Numbered from the stretch's first letter, positions 22,461 to 32,078 are shown. The stretch is 64,000 nucleotides of DNA from Longimicrobiales bacterium (GCA_965238005.1 OZ250165.1:2656001-2720000), one strand, 5' to 3'. Notes: generated by a model not told the origin, from the letters alone. Made by a program: numbers and translations.

Positions 22461-23026
22461 GGGTGGGATCATGGGCGGCAGGCAGGGTTGAGTCAACCCG
22501 GGACTCCTCGGGGATGCGATGCCGAGCCCGGAGCCAGGCTGGGGGAACCGTTCGCCAACCTTACTGAAACTTCTGCGGGCTTTTCATCGGGCTAGGAACA
22601 GCGACTAAGCCCTTCTCCTGCTCTATGAACAGGCGGTCAGCAGCGGGTTAGGCCCCTATCCAGGCCAACCCCACGGCATCGTGCGCATGTTGGTGTGCAT
22701 GTTCGGCTTCGTAAAACGCCAAGTGCGATCACGGCTCCCTGTTATGGGAGTCCCGTTTCCTCGTGGGATGGAGTGATACTGACGTTGACTTGTCTCGTCC
22801 TACGGCATTCCCTTTCGGTCGTGGGTCATTCAGACCGATTGGAGTTCTCCCGCTGTGTCCGTCTAAGTCCCAGAGAGTCCGTATTCTATGGGGTTTCGGA
22901 GACTACCCACTCCGTGGGTTTCCGGCTAAGTCCGGCTAGTTCCGTCCTGTCGGGTAACACTTCGGGTAACACCCCCCACTTCAGGTGGGGGAGGCTTCGG
23001 TCTCCCCCGTCCCCGCTTCCTTCAGT

Positions 23027-23057
23027 GATTCGAACCGGCGACCCCCTGAACCCCATT
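23027..23057 (-). repeat. tRNA-Pro(GGG) internal fragment (att remnant)
   Basis: Minus strand ATGGGGTTCAGGGGGTCGCCGGTTCGAATC gives anticodon loop to T loop. Confidence 0.7.
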
Positions 23058-23234
23058 ACACATAGGTTATACGCCAAATCACGGGAGATGCCCGGTTTCC
23101 TTCGCGTTTCGGAGAAAATTTCCTGGAGTCGGAATCGCCGTTTCCGGGCATCCAAATACGTCAAGTATTGGAGCGCGCCTTCGGGAGGATCTCGAATCGG
23201 GAATCGCTCCCCCTGGGACTTTCCCTTCGAGAGG

Positions 23235-23364
23235 TGGGACCGATTGCAGCGACGGCGGCCGCGGCCGCGGAGAGGATGAGCTCGTAGCCGGGGATGAAGC
23301 GACGGATCGTCTCGTCACAGGCGTCGATGTCGACACGCAGATGTTGTCGGGCGCTGTAGGGCAT
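23235..23364 (-). pseudogene. 5' fragment of a class I SAM methyltransferase
   Basis: MPYSARQHLRVDIDACDETIRRFIPGYE; breaks before the SAM-binding motif. Confidence 0.5.
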
Positions 23365-23436
23365 GACGTGAGACTTCAGCGGGCGGTGGGGCTCCTCAAC
23401 CCCGGTCCAGCACATCGTGGACTCCGTCTTCGCCGT

Positions 23437-23874
23437 CTACGAGGGCTCCAGCCGGAGCGTCACCGCATAGTCGCCAGCGGGGATAGTGGAATCTGAAGTC
23501 GGGCTCGGCGTGACTTCCAATAGGGTCACCACCACGCCGTTCCACTCCCCCGACTGTGGCTCGAGGCTAGTGTTCAGCTGGAGCGCGTGCGTCGGCCCCG
23601 TGCCCGCGCCGATGCCCACCTGCACGCTGGCATTTCCCTCCCACACACACACGACGTCCGTGGCGCACCGGGAGTCCTCCAGTACGGCTTCGAAGCTGAT
23701 CCGGATCAACGTCCCTGCCACGAAACGGTCCTCCCCGTGCTGGAGCGTGACCTCGATGGGGCCGTTGACCAACGCTCTCTCGAGATTCACCTCAGGCCCG
23801 GTGTTCGATCCACAGCCGGACAGGGCGGCCACCGCCGCCACGCAGAGCATCTTCCTCACCACCATCCTCCTCAT
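23437..23874 (-). CDS. Lipoprotein
   Basis: Lipobox LSGC; EDSRCATDVVCVWEG. Confidence 0.8.
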   Translation of the reverse strand: MRRMVVRKMLCVAAVAALSGCGSNTGPEVNLERALVNGPIEVTLQHGEDRFVAGTLIRISFEAVLEDSRCATDVVCVWEGNASVQVGIGAGTGPTHALQLNTSLEPQSGEWNGVVVTLLEVTPSPTSDSTIPAGDYAVTLRLEPS

Positions 23875-24029
23875 CGTTGATACTGGTCTTCGTTCAGACG
23901 TTCATACGCTGAATGAACGAACCAATACCGCCGAATGTGACACCCTCGAATATAAAATATGCCTCGTGCCGCAGGGCTACGAGGTCGCGTGGTGCGGCCC
24001 TACACCCGTTGGGACGTCCCGACCTTCCG

Positions 24030-24269
24030 TTATTCCGCCGTTCGAAGGTGACTGAAACCCGAATCTTCCCCGAGCATCTGCTCGTCGAGCCACCGGTCGA
24101 GGATGCTCTTTCGAAAGCGCCATTCCTTTCCAAGTTTGGTGGCCGGAATGCGCTTTTCCTGGGCCCACTTATAGATCGTTTGGGGCGTCAGACGCAGGTA
24201 CTCGGCGACCTCTTCGAGAGTGAGGATGTCGTGGCTGGCATGTGCGGCGTTCCGGCGGCTGTCGGTCAT
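24030..24269 (-). CDS. Excisionase-like (HTH_17/BldC-like) DNA-binding protein
   Basis: ILTLEEVAEYLRL, TIYKWAQ, IPATKLGKEWRF. Confidence 0.9.
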   Translation of the reverse strand: MTDSRRNAAHASHDILTLEEVAEYLRLTPQTIYKWAQEKRIPATKLGKEWRFRKSILDRWLDEQMLGEDSGFSHLRTAE

Positions 24270-24273
24270 ACGA

Positions 24274-25089
24274 TCATTGCAGCGTGTCGGAAGTGTCGGC
24301 GGGCTGAAGGAGCTCCTCGATGCGGAGCTGCCCCACGCTATCCGGGCTCACCTCTCTTGGTCGGTCCTCCCCTTGAAACAACTGGTTCACGGAATAGACG
24401 ATAGCTGCGTAGAAGTTCCCCTCGTAGTCTCGGAACAGGGTGAAGGGCTGGCCGCGGTCCCCGAGGAAGGGGCGCAGATTCCACGCCATCTGGATGCCGA
24501 CGAAGGCAAAGAGCACAGCCCATGCCCGCATGATTGTAATTGCCTTCTTGGGATACACGCCTCGTTTCTCACAGACGAGCGTGAGGCCCTCGTGCAAGGC
24601 GTACATACCCAGGAGGCCAGCTGTGAGCACAATGAGAACGTGCAGCAGTTCCAGGAAGTAGTAGTTCGCGCCAGTGATCATGAAGAACGCGGTGATGGGG
24701 ATGAAGGCCGCGAGCAGGATCGCTGTCAGTGCGAGCGCGCCGAGTACGAACACCAGTAGCTGGAGGAGGCGCAAGCGCGAACCAACCAGGATTTGAACAA
24801 CGAAAAACGCGGGAAAGCAAACTGCGAAGGTCGCAAGTAAGAGGAGCGGGAGCTTGAGAGCGGCGGACAGAGCTTGAAGGCTGCCTGAGTAGACGCCGGC
24901 TACCGCCCCGTAGAAAGCCGCCAGTCCAACCAGTGTCGCCAGTGCATAGCGGAGCTTGCCCGTCAGATCCGTTCCTTCGACGACCTCGCTAAAGAACCGC
25001 TCTCGGTCGCTCAGTAGCGAGAAAAGGAAACCCTGATAGCCGGCTTGGACGGGCTGGGATTCAGACGGTCCGGAGGGTGGTGTCATCAT
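24274..25089 (-). CDS. Multi-pass membrane protein
   Basis: About 5 TM helices; KLPLL, QMAWNLRPF, NFY. Confidence 0.75.
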   Translation of the reverse strand: MMTPPSGPSESQPVQAGYQGFLFSLLSDRERFFSEVVEGTDLTGKLRYALATLVGLAAFYGAVAGVYSGSLQALSAALKLPLLLLATFAVCFPAFFVVQILVGSRLRLLQLLVFVLGALALTAILLAAFIPITAFFMITGANYYFLELLHVLIVLTAGLLGMYALHEGLTLVCEKRGVYPKKAITIMRAWAVLFAFVGIQMAWNLRPFLGDRGQPFTLFRDYEGNFYAAIVYSVNQLFQGEDRPREVSPDSVGQLRIEELLQPADTSDTLQ

Positions 25090-25120
25090 GGGTACCTCGC
25101 GGAGCAGGACCCGTAGGTTT

Positions 25121-25185
25121 GTCAGTGTTTGATAGTGTTTACATAGCTATCCTACGCTTTATTAGTGTTTGATGCAATTTGTCAA
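25121..25185 (-). promoter_or_regulatory. Promoter (TTGACA at 25185-25180) with phased AGTGTTT repeats
   Basis: AGTGTTT at 25124, 25134, 25164 in an AT-rich patch upstream of the membrane protein/HTH operon. Confidence 0.6.
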
Positions 25186-25461
25186 AACGACCACACGGGG
25201 AGTTCCGAACCCACTCGGCTCCCCCGCACCCTCCATCGCCTTCTCACCGGCCCCTACGGCACCCTCCCCCTCCCGATCGTGTTCGTGTCCGTCCCAAACC
25301 AGATGGTCCGTGTAGCCTCGTGGAAGGGATAGGCCATTCCCAAAGGCCTTTGGCCGAGTTCAGCATCCTCCTCGGGCGAGCCGAGGCACCTCAAGGACAT
25401 CCCCTTGCGAGGCCGTGCCCAGTTCAAGGTGCACGCTCGCCGTTCGCCCATGCAAGGACGA

Positions 25462-25608
25462 GCCGACAACGCCCCTCTAAGCCACGAGTACGCTCCGGCC
25501 TACCTCCTCCCAGATACCGAATAAAACCTGAAGACGCGCAGAACGCGCTCTCAGGCGTTCTGCTTGCGCCTACTGGACCACTCTCGGATGTTCACCACGG
25601 TCTGATCC
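25462..25608 (+). repeat. ~150-bp kinase-leader repeat, copy 1
   Basis: CTCTAAGCCACG..ATACCGAATA..GAAGACGC..CAGAAC..GTTCTGCTTGCGCCTACTGGACCACTCTCGGATGTT..CTGATCC shared with 26835, 31032, 32143. Confidence 0.92.
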
Positions 25609-25629
25609 TCCGATGCTGGGGAACGCTCG

Positions 25630-25791
25630 ATGTCCGATCCCATCGTCCGCCTGAACACAGCCCTAGAAGGCCGCTACGCCATCGAGCGTGAGCTTGGTGA
25701 AGGTGGGATGGCTACGGTCTATCTGGCCGACGACCTACGCGATGAACGGAAAGCCGTGCTAAAGGTCCTCAAACGTGAGGAAAATCGGTGA
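25630..25791 (+). pseudogene. Ser/Thr kinase 5' stub B (53 aa)
   Basis: MSDPIVRLNTALEGRYAIERELGEGGMATVYLADDLRDERKAVLKVLKREENR*; GTGA overlap with the next ORF. Confidence 0.88.
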
Positions 25792-26180
25792 GTACGGACG
25801 ACGGCGGCGTTTGGGATCGTGCCCAGAAAGCCCTGGACGAGAGCTCGTCGCACATGGCCGAGCGGAGCGCCCTCAGGGTGCGACTCACGGCGTACATCGC
25901 TGAGCGGAGCGCCTGCGAGGCTAAGGGCACAGTCCCTCGCGGCGTTCGGAGACGGGGGGAGCGGCTCCTCGAGGAAGTCTCCGCTCTTGAGGAGCGCTTA
26001 GACCCGGTCGCCGATCGGATAGCAGAAGGAGACGCAGCCGTCCTCGTGGACGATGGAGCCACAAAAGCAACCGCCCCCACACGCCGCCTTGACACGGTGG
26101 GGGGAGAGGCTAAGCCTCCGCCTCCGCCACCTCCTTCGCCTCGAGTAACGCGTCCTCCGAGCCGAGGGTGTGGGGGTTGA
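25788..26180 (+). CDS. Hypothetical protein with Pro-rich tail
   Basis: 130-aa ORF; GTG start overlaps the stub B stop. Confidence 0.45.
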   Translation: MSTDDGGVWDRAQKALDESSSHMAERSALRVRLTAYIAERSACEAKGTVPRGVRRRGERLLEEVSALEERLDPVADRIAEGDAAVLVDDGATKATAPTRRLDTVGGEAKPPPPPPPSPRVTRPPSRGCGG

Positions 26181-26235
26181 GAAGGCGCTCGAAGTCCCGG
26201 CGAGGTCTGAGTAGCATCCACTCAGGAGGGCATCT

Positions 26236-26763
26236 ATGTCGGGCAAGGCGATACGGAAGCACGAACTGCGGAAGGCGGCTCGTGAGCACGTTGACCACGA
26301 AATGGCTCGATTCCTTGACTTGCATGTCGAGATCAATCGGGGATCGCACCAAGGGATCGTGCTCGGTGCAATTCTCACGGCGTACGCTTCTCACGCTCGC
26401 AACCTGCTCGAGTTCTTTAAAGAACGCACGCCCACGAGACCCGCGCTTCATCCGGGAACGGCCTACTTCAGTCTCTACCTCCCTTCGGGTGTCTTGAACC
26501 GGTTTGCGGGGCTGTACAACGGGCCAGAGGAGCACGTTTGGTCTCGCGCTACACAGCAGGTGGCGCACTTGAGCGGCTTCCGCGCTGGGGCCGATCTAAG
26601 ACGAAAGCGCTGGCGAAGGCTCAAGGAGTGGGGCAGCCGCTATCACCGAGACGCCATCCTCCCGAAGATCAGAACGGCCCTGGACGAAGTGCGGGGTGCG
26701 GCCACAACCTTCCCGAGCACCTTCGCTGCCTTCAGACGATGGGAAGCGGCAGGAAAGCCTTAG
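26236..26763 (+). CDS. Hypothetical helical protein
   Basis: AGGAGG RBS; HARNLLEFF and QVAHLS are reminiscent of HEPN-like proteins (weak). Confidence 0.55.
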   Translation: MSGKAIRKHELRKAAREHVDHEMARFLDLHVEINRGSHQGIVLGAILTAYASHARNLLEFFKERTPTRPALHPGTAYFSLYLPSGVLNRFAGLYNGPEEHVWSRATQQVAHLSGFRAGADLRRKRWRRLKEWGSRYHRDAILPKIRTALDEVRGAATTFPSTFAAFRRWEAAGKP

Positions 26764-26834
26764 CTTGGTCATCGCGTGCTTTTCGCGCTGGGGCTGCCAT
26801 TGGTGTGGCTGTAGCGAGCCGTCCGAGGCCGAAC

Positions 26835-26985
26835 CCGTTAACGGCGTTCTAAGCCACGCGAGCGTTCCAGCCTACCCAGGATACCGAATAAACCCCGAAG
26901 ACGCTCAGAACGCGAATACAGGCGTCTGACAGGGTTCTGCTTGCGCCTACTGGACCGCTCTCGGATGTTGAGTACACTCTGATCC
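26835..26985 (+). repeat. ~150-bp kinase-leader repeat, copy 2
   Basis: Starts CCGTTAACGG; same blocks as copy 1. Confidence 0.92.
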
Positions 26986-26995
26986 CGGAGTGCCC

Positions 26996-27496
26996 ATGTC
27001 CGATCCCATTGAACGCCTCAATACCGCTCTAGGGGGCCGCTACGCCATCGAGCGAGAGTTGGGTGAGGGCGGCATGGCCACGGTCTATCTCGCCGAGGAC
27101 CTCAAGCTTCACCGCAAGGTCGCCTTGAAGGTCCTACGACCGGAACTGGCCGCGGCACTCGGCCCCGAGCGTTTCCTCCGCGAGATCGAGATTGCCGCCA
27201 AGCTGCATCACCCACATATCCTTGCGCTCCACGACTCGGGCGAGGCCGATGGCTTTCTCTACTACGTGATGCCTTACGTCGAGGGCGAATCACTCCGCGA
27301 TCGCCTGAATCGGGAGAAACAACTTCCCGTCGAGGACGCCCTGCAGATCGCTCGGGAAGTGGCGGACGCGCTCGGCTCCGCCCATCGCCACGACGTCATC
27401 CACCGCGACATCAAGCCGGAGAACATCCTGCACGGCGTCGTCCACCGCGACATCAAGCCGGGCAACATCCTGTTGAGCGAGCAGGGAAAGCCACTC
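26996..27496 (+). pseudogene. Truncated Hanks-type Ser/Thr kinase (stub C, subdomains I-VIb)
   Basis: LGEGGMATVY, VALKVL, HPHIL, HRDIKP twice; no DFG or APE. Confidence 0.92.
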
Positions 27497-27515
27497 GACA
27501 CCGGAGGGGAACATC

Positions 27516-27905
27516 ATGCGGTATCTCATCCTGGCCCTGGCTCTGAACACCGGCCTCACCGCCTGCGCCAGCGGCGGTGCGGGGAGTGGGGGAGCCGGCG
27601 GGGCGCGGAACCTGATCACCTTCGAGGAGATCAGGCGGGTGGACAATCTTCGTGATGCGTACGAGATGGTGCAGATTTTACGGCCGCTCTGGCTCCGGGC
27701 CCGCGGAACGGTCAGGCCGACAGATCCGAACGCGAGCCTGCCCAGGGTCTACGTGGACGAACTGTGGTTCGGACTGGGGCTCGAACACCTGCGGAGGATC
27801 ATCTCCACCACGGTCCATCAGATGCAGTTCCTCGATCGATCTGAGGCAGAGATGCGGTACGGGTCGGGGCACCCGGGCGGGATCATCATGGTCCTGACCC
27901 GGTAA
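27516..27905 (+). CDS. Small lipoprotein, TonB-plug-like
   Basis: Lipobox LTAC; ITFEEI, LRPLWL, PRVYVD, RYGSGHPGGII. Confidence 0.75.
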   Translation: MRYLILALALNTGLTACASGGAGSGGAGGARNLITFEEIRRVDNLRDAYEMVQILRPLWLRARGTVRPTDPNASLPRVYVDELWFGLGLEHLRRIISTTVHQMQFLDRSEAEMRYGSGHPGGIIMVLTR

Positions 27906-27919
27906 GGCGGCGTGCGCGC

Positions 27920-28278
27920 ATGGGCCTAAAGCTTTTCGCAGTCGGCGCTGTGGTCGCTGCCATATTTCCGGCACCGTCACTAGCGGGCCAAGGCAATTGG
28001 CGTGGAGACTGCTGGCCATTGGCTACATCATGGCGTTCGCAGGGTGGATCGCGTTTGCTGTTCCGAATCTCTGGTCGCAGGCCCTTCCTCGTTGGAACCG
28101 ATTGCCGCTGTTGATCGGGCTGATCCCAGTGGCGGGGGCGGTTTTCATTTACCTAAGCGACTGGGTTCTAGCCATCGGGGCCGGCCTCTTCGGCGTGGCA
28201 TGGCTCCTACTGGGCTACGCCGTCTGGTCCGCCGAAGGTGTCCCTGCCGGAGGGACCACGGAGACGCCCCAGGCTTGA
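27920..28278 (+). pseudogene. Membrane protein fragment, probably frameshifted
   Basis: Hydrophobic helices split across two frames; ALPRWN, GVAWLLLGY. Confidence 0.4.
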
Positions 28279-28777
28279 ACACGCCATTGTCGCCGAAGTT
28301 CAGGACATCGTCGTCCAGAACTGCTGAGTGCTGTCAGGACCTCAGTTTGAGATGTCCTCGAACAAGCTGATCCGCTTCGAGGACCGGGCTTTGCGCCACT
28401 GGAATGGCATTCCCCTCATTATCGTACTGCTGCTAACTGGATGGATGATCGAGTCTCCCAGATGGATGCCATTGCTGCTCATGACGTTGTTCGGTGTGGG
28501 TTGGGTGATGCTCGGCTATGAACTCTGGCGCGTTACCCGATTGGATCACGGTAAAGCCACGATAATCCGATCAGGCTGGGCCAGCCCGTTCATATCTTCT
28601 GGGGGCCACGCATCAGTCCGATCCAGCCATCGCCCAACCTCAGCATCACCCATAGCTTGAGCGCATGGGCATGGTGAGGCTGTCGCGGTAGGCATCCGGC
28701 TCGCGTACTTCGCTTGCGGTCGGCATCTTGGACGCGCAGTAGAGTCGCAGAGACGTTAGACCGTCGGGAGGATAGCC

Positions 28778-29422
28778 ATGGCCGAAACTAAAGAAGTCAC
28801 GAAGCCGCGGGACTACCGCCGGCGGCGGTTGCCGCTGCTTCTCTGTTGGCCACTTTGCTCGTTTTTGATCACCGGATGCCGTGCATCGGAAGAACAGCAG
28901 ACGCTCAGTGATGGCCCACGTTACCTAAATGGAACGAGCCTTGTGCGTCCAATTGACTATCGCGAGTGGCCATTCGTTGGTTCGGCTCTCGGCTTGACGT
29001 ATGAAGCCGAAACAGCTTCGTCAGATGCGCCGCCCATTTTCACGAACGTTTTCGTGAATCCCTCTTCGCACCGCGGCTTCATGGAGACGGGGGTGTGGCC
29101 GAGCGGCACCGTGTTCGTTCTAGAATTCAGGCGCTCTCAGACTGACGCAGCCCCAAATAATAAGGGAGGGCGATTTCAAGGCGATTTGTTGGGCTTGGAG
29201 GCCGAGGTAAAGGATTCCCGATTTTCGGACGGATGGGCGTTCTTCAACTTCGGAAGGGGCACAGATCTAACAGAGGTTGCGGCCCCGCTGTCAGGTGCTG
29301 CTGCGGCTCCGTGTGTACAGTGTCACACGAAGGAAACGGCCGTGGAACGCACGTTTGTACAGTTCTATCCCACGCTGCTACAAGTGGCTCGCCACAAAGG
29401 CACGCTGAAACCGGGGTTCTGA
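28778..29422 (+). CDS. Cytochrome P460-family protein
   Basis: DYREW, NVFVNP, WPSGT, EVKD, GWAFF, CVQCH, FVQFYP. Confidence 0.85.
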   Translation: MAETKEVTKPRDYRRRRLPLLLCWPLCSFLITGCRASEEQQTLSDGPRYLNGTSLVRPIDYREWPFVGSALGLTYEAETASSDAPPIFTNVFVNPSSHRGFMETGVWPSGTVFVLEFRRSQTDAAPNNKGGRFQGDLLGLEAEVKDSRFSDGWAFFNFGRGTDLTEVAAPLSGAAAAPCVQCHTKETAVERTFVQFYPTLLQVARHKGTLKPGF

Positions 29423-29429
29423 AACGGGA

Positions 29430-30312
29430 GCCTGTATGAGCGGTACCCCTCAAACAACTCGTAGTCGGCGCTCGAGCGGGTGACCACGGCGAGTCCGGCA
29501 TAGGCCCACAGGTTGCGCTTCGTGCGGAAGCGCCAAGGCGTACCAATGGTTGCCAACAACAGCGCGATACGCACGGGCCCGCAGTAGGGGATCGTCTCGA
29601 GCACCCCAAAGGCCGGATCGCGCTTCGCTTCAGCGACCATGGCCGCCTTGGTCTTCTTGCGCTGAGTCCGAAGCACATCGAGCTGAGCGTACAGGGTCTC
29701 GGCACGTAGCCGAGCACCGTGCTCGGGTAGCTGTGCGACCCAGGCGGCGCGCCCCTTCGGCTGGTAGACACCGCCGCCCGTGGTTCGGATGGCCCGCGCA
29801 CGGAAGAGTGCCTTGAGCCGCAGCATCACGCGCGTGCCGTCCTCGACGAGGTTGCGATAGGCTCGAGTCAGCTCCTTGAGATCGGCCCGGCCGTGTGCGC
29901 CGTGGTATACCGCTCGCAGGCTGCCGCACCGCAACTGCTCCGACAGTTCGTCGGCATCGACCTGGTCCCCCTTGTTGCCCGATCGCTTCTCGCCTCTGCG
30001 GTCGCACACGATCACCCGGTCTACACGAGGACTCAGTAGGTCGTAGAGCCACTGCGCCTGTGTTCCCTCCTCGAACACCACGTGCACCGACCCAGCCATC
30101 GCGCTGAAGAACTCCCTTATCGATTCGTCGCTCGTCTCCACCACGCTGCGCGCGATCACACGCCCCCCTTCGCTCCGAACCGTCGCCACCGTCATTGCCT
30201 GGTGCACGTCGAGCCCCACATACTTGGTGTTCCGCTTCATGAGAGCCGCCCTCTGCTGTGGTCCATGGTTGTTTCGCAACTCCACGGTACCCACAGGGGG
30301 CGTGCTTTCAAG
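29430..30312 (-). mobile_element. IS110-family element, 3'-truncated transposase (ATG 30240)
   Basis: YVGLDVH, FEEG, KGDQVDA, IPYCGP, YAGL; ends just after TRSSAD. Confidence 0.85.
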
Positions 30313-30385
30313 TTGTGTTAGAGCGCAGCTGGCCGGCACAGGTGAGTGAGGCTGATGCCAATGCTCGCCACGTGCAGTGGCTCGC

Positions 30386-30811
30386 TTAAGAGCGGTTCAA
30401 GATGATGCGGAGTGTGGCCGCAACGGAAGAACCGCTCCCGAAGTCGAACTGGCTGGCCGGGTTCGTGAGCGTCAGAACGTTTCCGTTCCGAGACGCATCG
30501 AACGGGGCGCCTGCGAGCGTGAGCGTGGTTCCGGACGAGTTCAGGGTCCCGGAGTCCGAACTGCTGCCACCAACACCGTCGTCGAACAGAGTGCTCGCAC
30601 TTCCGGCGGCATCCACGGTAAGCGTAAAGCTCGCGCCGTCGCGCTGGATGATGTCGGCGACATTCTGAGAGTTCGCGTTATCTGTGAACTCATAGACGGA
30701 GGCGGTCCAGGTTCCCTCTAGATCAACCGCTTCTAGGCCAGTACCGTCGTCACCGCAGCCGACGGTGACAACGGCCAAGGCAAGAATGGGCAGTAGACGA
30801 TGGAGCTTCAT
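30386..30811 (-). CDS. Beta-rich lipoprotein
   Basis: Lipobox VGC, LEGTW. Confidence 0.75.
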   Translation of the reverse strand: MKLHRLLPILALAVVTVGCGDDGTGLEAVDLEGTWTASVYEFTDNANSQNVADIIQRDGASFTLTVDAAGSASTLFDDGVGGSSSDSGTLNSSGTTLTLAGAPFDASRNGNVLTLTNPASQFDFGSGSSVAATLRIILNRS

Positions 30812-31031
30812 TACCTGAGTCCTTTTCGGGGGATGGAAGGCGAGTTGAAGTAGGGGCGCTGCAAGGGGAGTGCCAGCCTGAAGACCCTGCACAGGTCCTA
30901 CAGGGCGTGGTGTCTAGCTGGTCGGCGGGGTGGACCCTTGTGGAACAACATTGCCGCCCTCAGCAACCTCTTTGCCCCCCCCGCCCGCCGTGCTGCCGCT
31001 GGTGCTGCGTTAGTCGCGAACAGATCAGCAA

Positions 31032-31199
31032 GCCGATAACGGCCCTCTAAGCCACGAGCACGCTCCAGCCGGACCCAAATACCGAATACACCCCGAAGAC
31101 GCTCCAGAACGCGAATACAGGCGCCTGACACGGTTCTGCTTGCGCCTACCGGCCCGCCCATAGGATCTTGCTCAAGTGTGATCTGCCGTAGCCGAGGAC
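31032..31199 (+). repeat. ~150-bp kinase-leader repeat, copy 3
   Basis: GCCGATAACGGCCCTCTAAGCCACG..GTTCTGCTTGCGCCTAC..GCCGAGGAC. Confidence 0.9.
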
Positions 31200-31205
31200 A
31201 TCCAG

Positions 31206-32078
31206 ATGTCCGATCCAGTTGACCGCCTGAACGCAGCCCTAGAAGGCCGCTACATCATCGAGCGTGAATCGGGCGAAGGCGGGATGGCCAGAAACCTTCT
31301 TCGAGGGAGCCGCGGTCGATCCCCTCGAGCTGGTGCAACAGCCTTGAAATCGGCCACGAAAGCGGACGTTATGGTCAAGAACAACAAGAGTACGCCAGCC
31401 ACGTCACCCGAGGCGGGAATCTCCATCATCGGCATGGGGATGATGCTGAAGGGAGAATGCGAGACGGACGGCGCTCTCAGGATCGAAGGGACCGTCAACG
31501 GGGACGTTCACGCAGGCAAGGCCGTGGTGATCGGCAAGGAAGGGCTCGTGGACGGCAACATCTACACTCAGGACGCGGTCATCGCCGGTCGGGTGCTCGG
31601 CTCTGTTCACGCGTCACGTCTCGAGCTGCAATCCACGGGTTACATCGAGGGGGAGGTCGTAGCGCTGCGCATGCAGCTTGCTGAGGGTGCCACACTCACG
31701 GGTCAGGTGTCGGTAGGTGAGTCCCAAGCTCCGTCCCGCGGGAAGGCTGCCACTCGTGGGGAGGGTGCCGTAATCCACGGTCAGGTGTCGGTAGCGGACT
31801 CTCAGGCCGCGTCTGGCGGGCAGGCTTCCGCTCGTAAGAAGGGGGCCCCCGAGGGCACGCCGGAGGATGGTAGGAGAGAGCATGTAGGCGCGTTCATCGC
31901 GTCGGCGTCAACGGCGATCAGGAAGGCACTGGCGTCCCCCGGGTGGCCGAAGCCCCGGGCGTTGCCCGCGACGTCACCCGGGATGAACCCGGACGAGCAA
32001 CCCACACTGCCTCCGGCCCAAGGCGAAGGCCGCCCGAGCCAGATGCCGCAGCAGCCCCCGACGACGCGGCCGACATAG
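31206..32078 (+). CDS. Kinase stub D fused in frame to a bactofilin-like protein
   Basis: MSDPVDRLNAALEGRYIIERESGEGGMA, then SIIG, LRIEGTVNGDV, VIGKEGLVDGNI; alternative own start ATG 31371. Confidence 0.85.
   Translation: MSDPVDRLNAALEGRYIIERESGEGGMARNLLRGSRGRSPRAGATALKSATKADVMVKNNKSTPATSPEAGISIIGMGMMLKGECETDGALRIEGTVNGDVHAGKAVVIGKEGLVDGNIYTQDAVIAGRVLGSVHASRLELQSTGYIEGEVVALRMQLAEGATLTGQVSVGESQAPSRGKAATRGEGAVIHGQVSVADSQAASGGQASARKKGAPEGTPEDGRREHVGAFIASASTAIRKALASPGWPKPRALPATSPGMNPDEQPTLPPAQGEGRPSQMPQQPPTTRPT

Noticed and set aside
2806..23057. Functional tRNA genes
   Set aside because: All three matches lack the 5' half; the anticodon stems cannot pair.
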